The notes beneath the pieces are model-generated. The model was given only the letters and a program-made list of their open reading frames with translations. It made no database searches and was not told where the DNA came from. A stretch of 64,000 nucleotides of DNA from an uncultured Verrucomicrobiae bacterium (GTDB lineage Bacteria; Verrucomicrobiota; Verrucomicrobiia; Chthoniobacterales; UBA10450): NCBI GenBank assembly GCA_963726745.1, contig CAVSDR010000003.1, positions 704,001 through 768,000 on the forward strand, in the 5' to 3' direction. Every line of letters starts with the position of its first letter. The first letter of the stretch is position 1. Made by a program: the position numbers and the translations under genes. Positions 1 through 10,770 of this stretch are shown here, piece by piece.

Positions 1-1981
1 GCACAGGAAACTCGAAGTCGGTGCCTAAACCAGCGCCGGAAAGGCCAGGCGAATTCACGCTGACCGCCGGCGACGGACTATTAATCAGATTGAATGGCCC
101 CACGCCGCGCGAAGGGCTGTCGATGTAGCCCGGCGCGCTCGCCACCGCGCGGAAGTAGAGTGCGCCGTTCGCCGGATACTTGTTCGAGTCGAGATAGAAA
201 TCGCCGGGATTGCGATAGCGCGCCATCCGTCCGCCGTTGCCGTCGGCCAGGTCGGTCCAATTGCTCTCGTCGCCGGGCGAGGTCGCGCTCTGGATGCGCA
301 TGGAGACGCCGGATGGATGCGCTTCGTCGAAGGCGCGGAAGTTGATCACCGCGCCGGGGCCGTTGCGGGTCGTCGAAAGAATCGTGCGCCCGAGATGCGG
401 CGTGGAAGAGGTGAGATCGAAAGGGCCGACCACATTCGAGCTGCTGGCAGCATGACCGGGCGCGCTGGAAAGCGCGCGGAAGTGCACTCCCGTCACGCGC
501 GGATAGGTCGTGGTGTTCAGCACGTAGGTCTCGTTGGTCACGTCGAAAATCATCCGGCCGAAGCTGCCGTTGTTCAGGTCGGTCCAACTCGCTTCGTCCG
601 CTGGAGTGACCGAGCTTTGCACGCGCACCGCCAGCCGCGCGGCGGTTGAAGGCTGCGTCACCCGCATTCGCAGCACAGAATCCCGCGCGACTGGAACACC
701 CGTCGCGCTGTCGTTCACGGTGAAGCCGGTGGCTGCGGGCAGCGGCGGACCGGGATCCGCGATTGGCCGTGGCGCCGAGAAGAGCCGGGCAACTCGGTTG
801 CGCTGGATGCCCTGGTAGTCGGTAAACAGGCCGCCGATGATGATCTTGCCGTCTACCTGCAAGGCAAGCCCGCGCACATCCGCGCTGGAACCCGGGGTAA
901 GCCCCGCCGCGAACGACGTGTCGTCGGTTCCGTTCGCATTCAGCCGCGCCAGGGCCGCGCGGTTGGCGACGCCATTCACGGAGTTGAAGGCACCGGCGAG
1001 GAGGATTTTGCCGTCGAACTGCACCGCCACCTGGTAGACGACGCCATCCGGTCCCACGCCCGGATCAAAGGTGGTGTCTAACGAGCCGTTCGCGTTTAAC
1101 CGGGCGATCGCGTTGCGCGCGACGCCGTTGAAGCTGCTGAAAAATCCGCCGAGCAAGATCTTCCCGTCGCTCTGCACGGCCACTCCGAAAATCTGCTGAT
1201 CCGCCCCGGTGCCGGGATCGAAGGTGGCGTCGAGCCGCCCTTCTGCATCGAGCCGCGCCACGCGGTTGCGCGGCGTCCCGCGGACATTTTGAAAACTCCC
1301 CGCGATGATCAATTTGCCATCGCTTTGCAACGCGAGCGCGGAGACCGGACCGTTCGTTCCCGGCGCGATGCCTTCGTTGAAGGTGCGGTCGAGCGTCCCA
1401 TCGGCGTTCAAGCGCGCCACGTTATTTCGGGCAATGCCGTTGTAGCTCTCCAGGTAGCCCGCGATCACGATCCGGCCGTCGCCCTGGACGATGATCTCCT
1501 CCACCGTCCCGTTCGCGCTCAAGCCGACGTTGCCGGCATTGAAGGTCGCATCCAGCGAGCCGTTCGGATTGATCCGGGCCAGGCTCTTGACCGGCGTGCC
1601 GTTGTAGCCGGTGAAGAATCCGCCGATTAAAATTTTTCCGTCCGCCTGTGCGGCCACCGCACGAACGTCCTGCACGTTGTTGGTCGTGCCATCGGGCGCC
1701 AGGACCCCGGTGCCGGGATTAAACGTGGCGTCGACCGAGCCGTCGGGATTCAACTGCGCCACGCGCCGGCGCGGGAGATCGTCATAGGTGGTGAAGAGGC
1801 CGCCGATCACCACTTTGCCATCCGCCTTCACCGCGGCGGCAAAAACCGCATCGTCTGCCCCGCGGTTGCCGCCCTCCGCTCCAAAGGAGGGATCCAGGTC
1901 GCCCTCGGCCGCGCGCGCCAGCGAAAGACTCGAGAGCAAAACGGTCGCTAGGGCGCAGGAGGCGAAGAAGGAATGGGGCAT
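1..1981 (-). CDS. Secreted modular protein, paralog 1 (3'-partial): delta-60-type beta-propeller head plus two copies of the family's conserved ~100-aa domain
   Basis: Not in the ORF track because it runs off the window. Manual translation from ATG at 1981 gives MPHSFFASCALATVLLSSLSLARAAEGDLDPSF (signal peptide), repeated 'QxDGKI(L/I)xGGxF...RLNxDGxLDxTF' blades, then 'VRVQSSVTPADEASWTDLNNGSFGRM...HFRALSSAPG' and 'MRIQSATSPGDESNWTDLADGNGGRM...YFRAVASAPGY', homologous to the 2100-6473 protein. Confidence 0.85.
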   Translation of the reverse strand, partial: MPHSFFASCALATVLLSSLSLARAAEGDLDPSFGAEGGNRGADDAVFAAAVKADGKVVIGGLFTTYDDLPRRRVAQLNPDGSVDATFNPGTGVLAPDGTTNNVQDVRAVAAQADGKILIGGFFTGYNGTPVKSLARINPNGSLDATFNAGNVGLSANGTVEEIIVQGDGRIVIAGYLESYNGIARNNVARLNADGTLDRTFNEGIAPGTNGPVSALALQSDGKLIIAGSFQNVRGTPRNRVARLDAEGRLDATFDPGTGADQQIFGVAVQSDGKILLGGFFSSFNGVARNAIARLNANGSLDTTFDPGVGPDGVVYQVAVQFDGKILLAGAFNSVNGVANRAALARLNANGTDDTSFAAGLTPGSSADVRGLALQVDGKIIIGGLFTDYQGIQRNRVARLFSAPRPIADPGPPLPAATGFTVNDSATGVPVARDSVLRMRVTQPSTAARLAVRVQSSVTPADEASWTDLNNGSFGRMIFDVTNETYVLNTTTYPRVTGVHFRALSSAPGHAASSSNVVGPFDLTSSTPHLGRTILSTTRNGPGAVINFRAFDEAHPSGVSMRIQSATSPGDESNWTDLADGNGGRMARYRNPGDFYLDSNKYPANGALYFRAVASAPGYIDSPSRGVGPFNLINSPSPAVSVNSPGLSGAGLGTDFEFPV

Positions 1982-2027
1982 AATTGGGAGCCTGGTCAGC
2001 CAGGCGCAATCAGCCCAGTGCTATACA

Positions 2028-2055
2028 ACGCCGGGAAAAGCCTTCACTTAGCTCA
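2028..2055 (-). promoter_or_regulatory. Candidate ECF sigma promoter TGAGC-N19-GCGT upstream of paralog 1
   Basis: Same two blocks with identical 19-nt spacing upstream of all four paralogs. Confidence 0.55.
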
Positions 2056-2089
2056 AAAAACTTTTGCGGAGCTGGAAAACTCCGAGGCT

Positions 2090-2984
2090 CGGCGACCGGC
2101 TATTTCACCTTGTAAACCTCAACCAATCCGATGCCAGTCCCGCCGTCCTTGCCGCGGACGATCGCGGTGTAATTGCCGGGGACAAGCGTGGCCACGATTG
2201 CCGGCTCGAGGTCGTTCGCCGGCTGCACGGTCGTCGCGATGATCTCTGTTTCCTGCGTCTCGCGCCAGTTGTCGTTCGTGAAGACGTTGCCATTGGAGTC
2301 GTGCAATTCCAGCTCGGGGTCCTGGAGGACGCCCTGCAAAACTCCGCTCAAAGATGGACCGGTCGCGCGCACCAGAATGCCGGCCGGTTCGCTTCCGGTA
2401 ACGATGAAGCCGCCGATGAGCACGTTGTCGCCGGTGTCGACAAATCCGCGCGTGGAAATATTAGCCAGCCGGATGTCTCTGCTCCCGTCGATGTCGTAGA
2501 TCTCGGTTAACCCGATGCCGCTGCCGCCATCGGCGCCGCGCTCGATCACGGTGTAATTTCCCGGCGCCAGATCGGCGATGATGAGCGATTCGCGCGGATC
2601 GGTCGGCGCGAAGCCGTCCGGGATGCGGTCCTGGTTCGGCGCGGTTTGCCAGTTGTCGTTCGTTAGGCTGGAGCCGTCCGGCTTGAAGAGCTGGAGCACC
2701 GGATCGTTCAAGACGCCGGCTAATCCTGCGGCCGCCAGGCTCGGGCCTTTCCCGCGGATGAGGACCGCCTTGGTCGAGCCGGCCGGACCTTGGACGATGA
2801 AGCCGCCGATGAGGACCTTGTCCCCAGTCAGCACTTTCATGCGCGTGGAAATGTTCGCCGGTTGGCCGTAGCTCGGTCCGGCAATCGCGGGATTCGCGCT
2901 CACCAGCAGGCCGCCGTTGCCTAACGAGACCTGCGCGTTCGCGCTCACGGAAGCGAAGCTGCCGCTGGCCGAGCCGAATGCGAG
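2090..2984. repeat. Near-identical ~0.9-kb DNA repeat encoding the NISTR tail; other copies at ~6580-7473 and (shorter) ~13853-14618
   Basis: Direct comparison shows long identical runs with mostly synonymous differences. Confidence 0.85.
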
Positions 2985-5900
2985 CGGGTTCACCGTGTCG
3001 GCTGGGTCTGGGGTAAAGCCGTTGATCAGCTTCACGTCCAACTTGCCGCCTAACGAGACCGCGCCGGTCACGAGCAGCTGGTCGAATTGATCCGAAGTCG
3101 CGCCGCCCGCCTCGACCAGAAGGGTGCCGTTCGCGCCCTGACTAAAAGCGCCGGCGACGGTGATCGCGCCCGCGGAATGACCGGGCGAGAGATAGCCGCC
3201 GTTGTTCGTCAGGTCGCCTTGGATAATTCCCGAACCACTCAGGGTGCCGCCATCGAGCGTCACCGGGCCGAAGAGCGTCACCGCGTTCAGGTCGGTCTCG
3301 CCGCTGATTTGGTCATAGCCGTCGGCGCTCGTCGGCGCAGCTGCCGTCCCGGACCGCGCACTCGCGCCGCTCCCCGTGAGGTTGCCCGCGCCGCTAGCGA
3401 CCAGGTTTCCAGCACCCGAGGCAACCAGGCGGCTGCCATCTTTTCCGACCAAACCACCGCCGTCCTGACTGAGCAAACCGCCGCCATCCTGGCTAATAAG
3501 TCCGCCGCCATCCTGGCTGAGCAAGCCGCCGCCGTCCTGGCTAATGAGACTGCCGCCATCCTGGCTGATCAGGCTGCCGCCATCATTGCTGACCACGCCG
3601 GAGCCGGTGCCATTGATCACCCCGTTGCCGCCGAGGGTGACCAACCCGAGATGACTTTGCGCGAGCAGGCTGTTCGGATTCGCGCCGATCAAAATGCCCG
3701 CGCCGAGAACCGAATTCGCCGAGAGCACGCGGCTTTCCGCCGTCGGGTCGCGGCCGGCATCCGGCGGGATGAAGGGCGGAATCTGGAAGTTCGAGGTGCC
3801 GCGATTATTGAAAACCCGAAGCGAGGCGATGCCCTTGCTCCCGTGAAGATTGAAGGCGCCGTAATTATCGACGGACCCGGTGAAGATCGAGCGCAGCTCG
3901 TTGTTCAGCGATTCGAAGGTCGCGCCCGCCGGGATCACGAGGTGGAGGTTGAACAGGTCGCCGCCATGGACCGAGACCGTCATCATCCCGGTGACGGTGA
4001 GATCGGTCGGCGGATTAGGGAAATCCTTCACCGCGAAGATCGCGCCGCCGTTCAGGAGAAGCGAGCGGACGGTGGTGGGCTGGCCGATTTTAATGAAAAG
4101 TCCATTATTGCTTCCCACCTTGGCGAAGTCATTCGGTCCGGGGACGCCGTTGTTGCCCTGGGTATCTCTCCAGGTGGTTGGGTCGGACCAGAGCCCGCCG
4201 GAAGTGACGGCGGTGAAGGTGCGCCCGCTCGAGCTCGCAGCGTTGACCGCGGCGCCGTCCGCGCGGCTGGCCGCCTGAGGACGATCGCCGGTGTCGACTA
4301 CATTGAGGTAAACCAGGCCGGTGCCGCCGCGGCTGGTTCCGCCGAGATCGTCGATCGCGGCCGCCTCGAGCACGTGGGCGCCGGTGACGTTCAAACGGAA
4401 ATCCACGAAAGCCGGCGCGCCCGGAGCGGTCGTGATCGTCTTGCCGTCTAATAGCACCTTCAGCTCGGTGATCTTGCTCGGCGGCCGGCTGGGATCCGGG
4501 GTCGCGTCGGCGGAGAAGCGCAGCTGTCCCGCAAGGACTACGTAAGGATCGTTCTCCGTTCCGCTGCCGCTCAAATGCGCTGGCGGCGTGATCTTCGTCA
4601 CCGGCGGCGTATCCGCGGTGATGGTGTAGGCGCCGACCACATTCGAGAGGCTATCGAGGTAGCCGGACGCCTGGGCCACGGCCCGGAAATAATAGGGGCC
4701 ACCTGGCGGCACCTTATTAGTCAGCAAGATGAAGACGTCGGGAAAATTGCCCACGGCGCTGCGCGCCATCCGGCCGGCGTTGCCGTCGCCCAGGTCGGTC
4801 CAGCTCGATTCCACCGCGGGCGTCTGGCTGGCCTGGATGCGAAGGAGCGTGCCGGCCGGTGCATTCGGCGCGCCGGCGAGGAACGAAAGGTCGGCCAGGG
4901 TGCCGTTGCGCTTGAAGAGCAACAGGACCGGCGGGAGATGGCTGCCGCCGGTCGAGCCGTCGAAAGATCCGACGTAATTCGAGATGCTGTTGGGATAGCC
5001 CGCCGCGGAGGCGATCACGCGGAAGAACAGACCCGGCCGCGCAGGATAGGCAGTCGTGTTCAGGAAAAATTTCCCGGTTTTCTTGTCGAAGGCCATCCGG
5101 CCTTTGGTCGCCGTCGGCAGATCGGTCCAGCTCGTATTGGTGCCGTCGTTTGGCTCCGGAGTGGTCGAGGATTGCACCCGCAAAGCCAGCTTCGCGGGCG
5201 TGCCGCCTTGCAGCGCGACAAAGCTGAGCACGGGCCCGCTGAGCGTGCCGGCGCGATCGGCGCTACCGTTGACCTTCAAAGTCGTCGCGGAGAGTCCGCC
5301 ATGCGGTGGCGGGGTCGGCGCCGTCTCGGGCCCGATCGTGATTTTCAAGTCGGTCCAGGCGCTGTCGCCGCCGGGCCCGCGCGCGAGCACCGAGAGATCA
5401 GCCGTCACTTCGACTTGCGGCGTGCCGCTAATCAAGCCGGTCGCGGCATTGAGCGAGAGTCCTTGCGGCAAACCGCTGATGAAAAATTGCGTGGGGTTAT
5501 TCGTCGCGGTGATTTGGAAACTGAAGGGGACTCCGACCGTGCCACTCGCCGTGCCCGGGCTCGTGATCACCGGCGGTGGCAGCGGCGCCGCACGACTCCA
5601 CTTGGGCGAGTTCGCCTGGGTGGTGTTGTAGACGCGACGATTGGTGCCATCCAGGTTCATCACGCCCAGACGGTTGCTGCCGCCGACGTCTTGATAAGAA
5701 ATCTGAGTTCCATCCGGCGAAAACCAAGGCGCCGAATCGCCGCCAGTGGCTGTCACCGGGGTGACCCGCGTCTCGGCTCCCGTGACGGGGTTCAGAGTGT
5801 AAACCGTGCCCGCTTTTTGGCAGACGATCTTCGTCCCGTCTGGCGACCAGGATGGCTGGCGATAGTTGGCATTGTCGTCCGTGGAGATCCTCACGGGTGC

Positions 5901-6473
5901 GCTCGCCCCATCCGCATTGACGATGTAGATCCGATTCGGCGTCGCGTGCCCGCTCGCATCACGCGCATAAGCATCAAACACGATCTTTGTCCCGTCCGGC
6001 GACAACGCTGGATCGAAGCCCTCCAGCGCGTAGCCGAAGGTCGTGGCCGACCGAAAACCGGTGCCATCCACATTGAAGGTGGCGAGGTACCTCCCAGCCG
6101 GTGCGGAACATAACGCCGCCAGCTTCGTCCCGTCGGCGGACCAGGACGGCAGGCTGCAGCCGTCCGTGTTTGGGATAAGGGCAGCGCCGGTGCCATCCGG
6201 ATTCATCAGAGAAATCCCGTTAGTGCCACTGACTACGAACGCGATCTTGCTGCCGTCCGGCGACAGCTCAGGGTAGAAATCATCCGTCGGGCGGTTCAGC
6301 CGGGTGTTGCCCGTGCCGTCGCCGTTAATGATGGAAATCTGGTAGTGCGTCGGTGCGCCGTTATCCGGGATGTTCGTGTAGTAGACAATCTTCCCGGTGG
6401 ACGCAGCCAGGGCGCCGGTGGCGCTGGCTAAAAGCGCGGTCAAAGCGATGGCAATACTGAAGCGAAATTTCAT
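2100..6473 (-). CDS. Secreted modular protein, paralog 2 (1457 aa): TolB/PD40 propeller, Ig-like domain, duplicated conserved domain, passenger-like beta-helix with 8-aa SQDGG repeats, tandem NISTR C-terminal domain
   Basis: Signal peptide MKFRFSIAIALTALLASATGALA; repeated P(S/A)(W/L)SPDGTKI blades; 'VITSPGTASGTVGVPFSFQITATNNP..GLPQGLSLNAATGLISGTP' Ig-like motif; two NISTR units ending GLVEVYKVK. Confidence 0.9.
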   Translation of the reverse strand: MKFRFSIAIALTALLASATGALAASTGKIVYYTNIPDNGAPTHYQISIINGDGTGNTRLNRPTDDFYPELSPDGSKIAFVVSGTNGISLMNPDGTGAALIPNTDGCSLPSWSADGTKLAALCSAPAGRYLATFNVDGTGFRSATTFGYALEGFDPALSPDGTKIVFDAYARDASGHATPNRIYIVNADGASAPVRISTDDNANYRQPSWSPDGTKIVCQKAGTVYTLNPVTGAETRVTPVTATGGDSAPWFSPDGTQISYQDVGGSNRLGVMNLDGTNRRVYNTTQANSPKWSRAAPLPPPVITSPGTASGTVGVPFSFQITATNNPTQFFISGLPQGLSLNAATGLISGTPQVEVTADLSVLARGPGGDSAWTDLKITIGPETAPTPPPHGGLSATTLKVNGSADRAGTLSGPVLSFVALQGGTPAKLALRVQSSTTPEPNDGTNTSWTDLPTATKGRMAFDKKTGKFFLNTTAYPARPGLFFRVIASAAGYPNSISNYVGSFDGSTGGSHLPPVLLLFKRNGTLADLSFLAGAPNAPAGTLLRIQASQTPAVESSWTDLGDGNAGRMARSAVGNFPDVFILLTNKVPPGGPYYFRAVAQASGYLDSLSNVVGAYTITADTPPVTKITPPAHLSGSGTENDPYVVLAGQLRFSADATPDPSRPPSKITELKVLLDGKTITTAPGAPAFVDFRLNVTGAHVLEAAAIDDLGGTSRGGTGLVYLNVVDTGDRPQAASRADGAAVNAASSSGRTFTAVTSGGLWSDPTTWRDTQGNNGVPGPNDFAKVGSNNGLFIKIGQPTTVRSLLLNGGAIFAVKDFPNPPTDLTVTGMMTVSVHGGDLFNLHLVIPAGATFESLNNELRSIFTGSVDNYGAFNLHGSKGIASLRVFNNRGTSNFQIPPFIPPDAGRDPTAESRVLSANSVLGAGILIGANPNSLLAQSHLGLVTLGGNGVINGTGSGVVSNDGGSLISQDGGSLISQDGGGLLSQDGGGLISQDGGGLLSQDGGGLVGKDGSRLVASGAGNLVASGAGNLTGSGASARSGTAAAPTSADGYDQISGETDLNAVTLFGPVTLDGGTLSGSGIIQGDLTNNGGYLSPGHSAGAITVAGAFSQGANGTLLVEAGGATSDQFDQLLVTGAVSLGGKLDVKLINGFTPDPADTVNPLAFGSASGSFASVSANAQVSLGNGGLLVSANPAIAGPSYGQPANISTRMKVLTGDKVLIGGFIVQGPAGSTKAVLIRGKGPSLAAAGLAGVLNDPVLQLFKPDGSSLTNDNWQTAPNQDRIPDGFAPTDPRESLIIADLAPGNYTVIERGADGGSGIGLTEIYDIDGSRDIRLANISTRGFVDTGDNVLIGGFIVTGSEPAGILVRATGPSLSGVLQGVLQDPELELHDSNGNVFTNDNWRETQETEIIATTVQPANDLEPAIVATLVPGNYTAIVRGKDGGTGIGLVEVYKVK
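3375..3600 (-). repeat. 24-nt/8-aa tandem repeat (L/V)(I/L/V)SQDGG(G/S) grading into LVASGAGN
   Basis: Translation VVSNDGGS LISQDGGS LISQDGGG LLSQDGGG LISQDGGG LLSQDGGG LVGKDGSR LVASGAGN LVASGAGN. Confidence 0.9.
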
Positions 6474-6520
6474 GGCGAGAGGTCGGGTTGAGCGAAGGCA
6501 GCAACCGCCTTCTTTCCCTC

Positions 6521-6548
6521 TCGCAACAAAATCCGCCCGATCTGTTCA
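6521..6548 (-). promoter_or_regulatory. Candidate ECF sigma promoter TGAAC-N19-GCGA upstream of paralog 2
   Basis: Minus strand reads GAAAATTTCGTGAACagatcgggcggattttgttGCGAg. Confidence 0.6.
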
Positions 6549-6588
6549 CGAAATTTTCGGCGCCCGCGAAAACGCGCCCAGGCGTCGG

Positions 6589-9500
6589 CTATTTCACCTT
6601 GTAAACCTCAACCAAGCCGATGCCAGTCCCGCCGTCCTTGCCGCGCACGATCGCCGTGTAATTTCCGGGAACGAGCGTGGCCACAATTGCCGGCTCGAGG
6701 TCGTTCGCCGGCTGCACGGTCGTCGCGATGATCTCGCTCTCTTGTGTCTCGCGCCAGTTATCGTTCGTGAAGACGTTGCCATTGGAGTCATGCAGTTCCA
6801 GCTCGGGGTCCTGGAGGACGCCCTGCAAAACTCCGCTCAAAGAAGGACCGGTCGCGCGCACCAGAATGCCGGCCGGTTCGCTTCCGGTAACGATGAAGCC
6901 GCCGATGAGCACGTTGTCGCCGGTGTCGACAAAGCCGCGCGTGGAAATATTAGCCAGCCGGATGTCTTTGCTCCCGTCGATGTCGTAGATCTCGGTCAAC
7001 CCGATGCCGCTCCCGCCATCGGCGCCGCGCTCGATCACGGTGTAATTTCCCGGCGCCAAATCGGCGATGAGGAGCGATTCGCGCGGATCGGTCGGCGCGA
7101 AGCCGTCCGGGATGCGGTCCTGGTTCGGCGCGGTTTGCCAGTTGTCGTTCGTTAGGCTGGAGCCGTCGGGCTTAAAGAGCTGGAGCACCGGGTCGTTCAA
7201 GACGCCGGCTAATCCCGCGGCCGCCAGGCTCGGGCCTTTCCCGCGGATGAGGACCGCCTTGGTCGAGCCGGCCGGACCTTGGACGATGAAGCCGCCGATC
7301 AAGACCTTGTCGCCAGTCAGCACTTTCATGCGCGTGGAGATGTTCGCCGGCTGCCCGTAGCTCGGTCCGGCAATCGCGGGATTCGCGCTCACCAGCAGGC
7401 CGCCGTTGCCTAACGAGACCTGCGCGTTCGCGCTCACGGAAGCGAAGCTCCCGCTGGCCGAGCCGAATGCGAGTGGGCTGAAAGTATCCGCGACGTCGGG
7501 CGCGTAGCCATTGATCAACTTGAGCTTCAAGTTGCCGCCTAAATTCGCCGCGCCGCCGACGAGCAATTGATCAAACTGATGCGCGAGCGCGCCGCCTTCC
7601 TCGAGCACGAGCGTGCCATTGGCGTTTTGGGAAAAGTCTCCGGTCACAGCGATCAGGCCGGCAGTTTGCCCCGGCGAGATGTAGCCGGCGTGGTTGGTCA
7701 GATCACCCGCGATCACGCCCGTGCCCGAAAGGACGCCGCCGTCGAGCGTGACCGCGCCGAGGATCGTGACTGCGCTTAAATTGGTCTCGCCGCTGGTTTG
7801 GCTAAAGCCGCTCGCCGCAGCTTGCACGCTCCGGTTTGCGGCGCTCGCGTGGAAATTTCCCGCGCCCGCCGCGATCAAGTTCCCGGCTCCAGCGGCCACT
7901 AGATTCCCTGCGCCCGCGGCGATCAAGCCGCCGCCGTCGTGGCTCACGATGCCCGCGCCATCCTGCGAAATCAGGCCCGCGCCATCCTGGCTGATCAAGC
8001 CGCCGCCATCGTGGCTGACGATATTCCCCGCGCCCGCGGCCACGAGATTGCCGCGCATCGCTGCGACCAGCCCACCGCCGTCATGACTGACGATCCCGGC
8101 GCCGTCCTGACTGATGAGCGGCGCGAGATTGAACCCGAGAATGTTCCCGGTGTTGGCGATCGATCCGGCGTCGAGGATTTTCAGCCCGGCCAAAGGATCG
8201 AGCCCGGCAGCCGGCGGAATCGTGAGCGGCGTCTGGAAGTTCGTCAGTCCGTGGTTCGTGAAGACATCGGTGCGCAAGCCGCCGCTGCCATGGAGAAAGA
8301 GGCGCCCGTTGTTCACGATCTCGGTGCCCCCGCCAAAGATCAGGTCGACGGAATTGAGGAGCTCGCAGGTGGCGCCGGCCTGGATCACGAGGCTGATGTT
8401 CGTCGTGCGCCCGGAGGTCACGGTGAGTTGTTTATCGATCAGCAGTTTGCCCGGCCCGATGATATTGCCGCCTTGGAGAATCACGGAAGCGACCTCGGCG
8501 TTGGCCGAAGGCATCAGACGCACGCGCATCGCTCCGATGACCACGAGATCGTTCGGGCCGGGGACGCCATTTACGCCGCGCGCATTTCTCCAGGTCGCTG
8601 GGTCGTTCCAAAGGCCGTTATCGGTCACAAGCGTGTAGGTGCTGCCGGTCGCGCTCGTCGCGCTCGCGGCGCTGTTGCGCGATGCCGCTGCCGAACGATC
8701 TCCAGACGGCACGACCTGGAGGTAGAACGCGCCGGTCCCCGCGCGGCTGGTCGCACCGAGGTCGTCGACCGCGGTCGCTTCAAGCACATGGAGGCCGAGC
8801 ACATTCGTGGTGTAATCCAAGCCCGCGCTGCCACTCTCGGAAGTCTTCAAAGTGGTGCCGTCGATCTGCAGCTTCAGGCTCGCGATGCGGCTGCCATTGC
8901 GCGCCGCGTCCGCGATCGCATCAGCCGAGAAATGGAAACTGCCCGCCGCGATCAGCAACGGGTCCTCCGGCGTGCCGCGGCCGCTCAAGCCGACCGGCGG
9001 ATGAAGCGTGACTACCGGCGGCGCATCGGCCCGCAGCGTGTAGGGCCCGAGCACATTCGAGAGGCTATCGAGTGATCCGGAAAGCTTCGCGACCGCGCGG
9101 AAATAAACCCCGGCACGCGCTGGCAAATTGTTCGTCAGCAGGAGGAAGAAGTTCGGGTAAGTCGCGTTCGTGCTCGGGTTCATTGCGCCCACCTCCGACC
9201 AGCTCGCTTCCACTTCCGGCGTGGTCGAAGACTGCACGCTCAAGGCGACGCCGGCGGGTGGATTCGCCTCGACCGCGGTAAAGGAGAGGTCCGCCAGCCA
9301 GCCGTTCCGCTTTAGCCAAAGTCCGACCGGCCCGAGGTGATTTCCCATCGTCGAAAGATCGAATGGCCCAACCACGTTTGAGTTGGACGGGGCGTAGCCG
9401 GCGGCCGTCGCCACCGCGCGGAAGTAAAGGCCCGCCTGCGCGGGATAGCCGGTGCTGTTCAGGATAGAAAGTCGTCTTTGCCGCGTCCGGAGTCATGTGC

Positions 9501-10633
9501 CCGGCGGTGCCATTCGGCAGGTCGGTCCAGGTCGCACCCGGATTGCTGGAAGTGCTCGTCTGAATCCGCACCGCCAGGTTCGCCGGATGGCCTCCCTGCC
9601 GCGCGACGAAACTAAGGACCGGGTTCGCAGGAATTCCGCTCGCGCTCGCGCTCCCATTGACGGTCAACGTTGTCGCTGACAAACCGCCGTGCGGCGGTGC
9701 GGTCGGCGCGGGCGGAGGCGTGGGCGCGGCGGCCGGACTCCACTTCGGAAGATTGGCGCGCACCGTGGGAAAGACATGCCGGTTGCTCCCGTCGACGTTC
9801 ATCACTCCCAGTCCACCACCATCCGCGTTATCGACAAAAGCGAGCATCGTCCCGTCCGGCGACCAGGTCGGCGCGGCATCGACAAAGTTGGGGTCCACCG
9901 TGGTGGGCGTGATTCGCGTCGCGGCGCCGGTCGCGACGTCGAGTGCGTAGATCGCGGCGCCTCGGCGGCACGCGATCTTGGTCCCATCAGGCGACCAGGA
10001 GGGATCGTTATAAAGCGCACCGTCTTCCTTCGAGAGCTGCACCGGCGCGCTCGTCCCATTTGCCTTGACCACGAAAATTTCGTCGGTCTGCGAGCTGAAA
10101 GTATAGCCTTGGAACGCAATCTCCGTCCCGTCGGGCGACCATGCAGGCTTGGTGGCGACGGGATTGTTCGGGCTGGTGATTTCCGTCAAACCAGAACCGT
10201 CCGGTCGGAAGGTGACAATGCGCGCGCCGCCGGCGGCGGTTTTCTGCGCGGCCAGTTTGCTCCCGTCGAAGGACCACGCGGGGAAGGCGCAGCCCTCGGT
10301 GTTGGGAATGAGGGCCGCGCCCGTGCCATCCGCGTTCATCAGGTAGATGCCGCTGATCGCGCTGTTAAAATAGGCGATCTTCGTTCCATCAGGTGAAAGC
10401 GCTGGGTAAAGATCACTCTCGCCCGGCCGCTCGATCTGGCGATAGCCAGTGCCGTCCCCATTGATCAGGAAGATCTGATAGCTCCCCCCGACGTTGCTGT
10501 AGAAAACGATCCTGCCGGTCGCATTCTGTGCGTCGGCTGCAGGCGCCACCCAGAGCGCTGTGCCAGCAAGCACCAGCGCGGGGAAGAGCGCACGCCAGCG
10601 ACGAGGTGAGACGGAGCGGACTTTTGATTTCAT
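6589..10633 (-). CDS. Secreted modular protein, paralog 3 (TolB/PD40 propeller head), split by an apparent +1 frameshift at ~9466
   Basis: Start MKSKVRSVSPRRWRALFPALVLAGTALWVAPAADA at 10633 (inside ORF 9065-10963). Removing one base at ~9466 restores TTFILNSTGYPAQAGLYFRAVATAAGY and joins ORF 6589-9414. Colinear with paralog 2. Confidence 0.85.
7855..8118 (-). repeat. 8-aa tandem repeat LISQDGAG/IVSHDGGG/LVAAGAGN
   Basis: About 11 units in the translation of ORF 6589-9414. Confidence 0.9.
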
Positions 10634-10684
10634 AGGATGCGGCAGGCGAACTGAGCGAAAGTCTGGACCGGGCCTTCCATTTAC

Positions 10685-10712
10685 TCGCAACAGAACCGGC
10701 CAGTTCTGTTCA
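10685..10712 (-). promoter_or_regulatory. Candidate ECF sigma promoter TGAAC-N19-GCGA upstream of paralog 3
   Basis: Minus strand TGAACagaactggccggttctgttGCGAg, in the divergent gap before ECF sigma 1. Confidence 0.6.
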
Positions 10713-10770
10713 TGGAATCTTCGGAATAATCGTAGGCACTCGATTTTCCCGCATCTAAGGTGAAAGCTGT

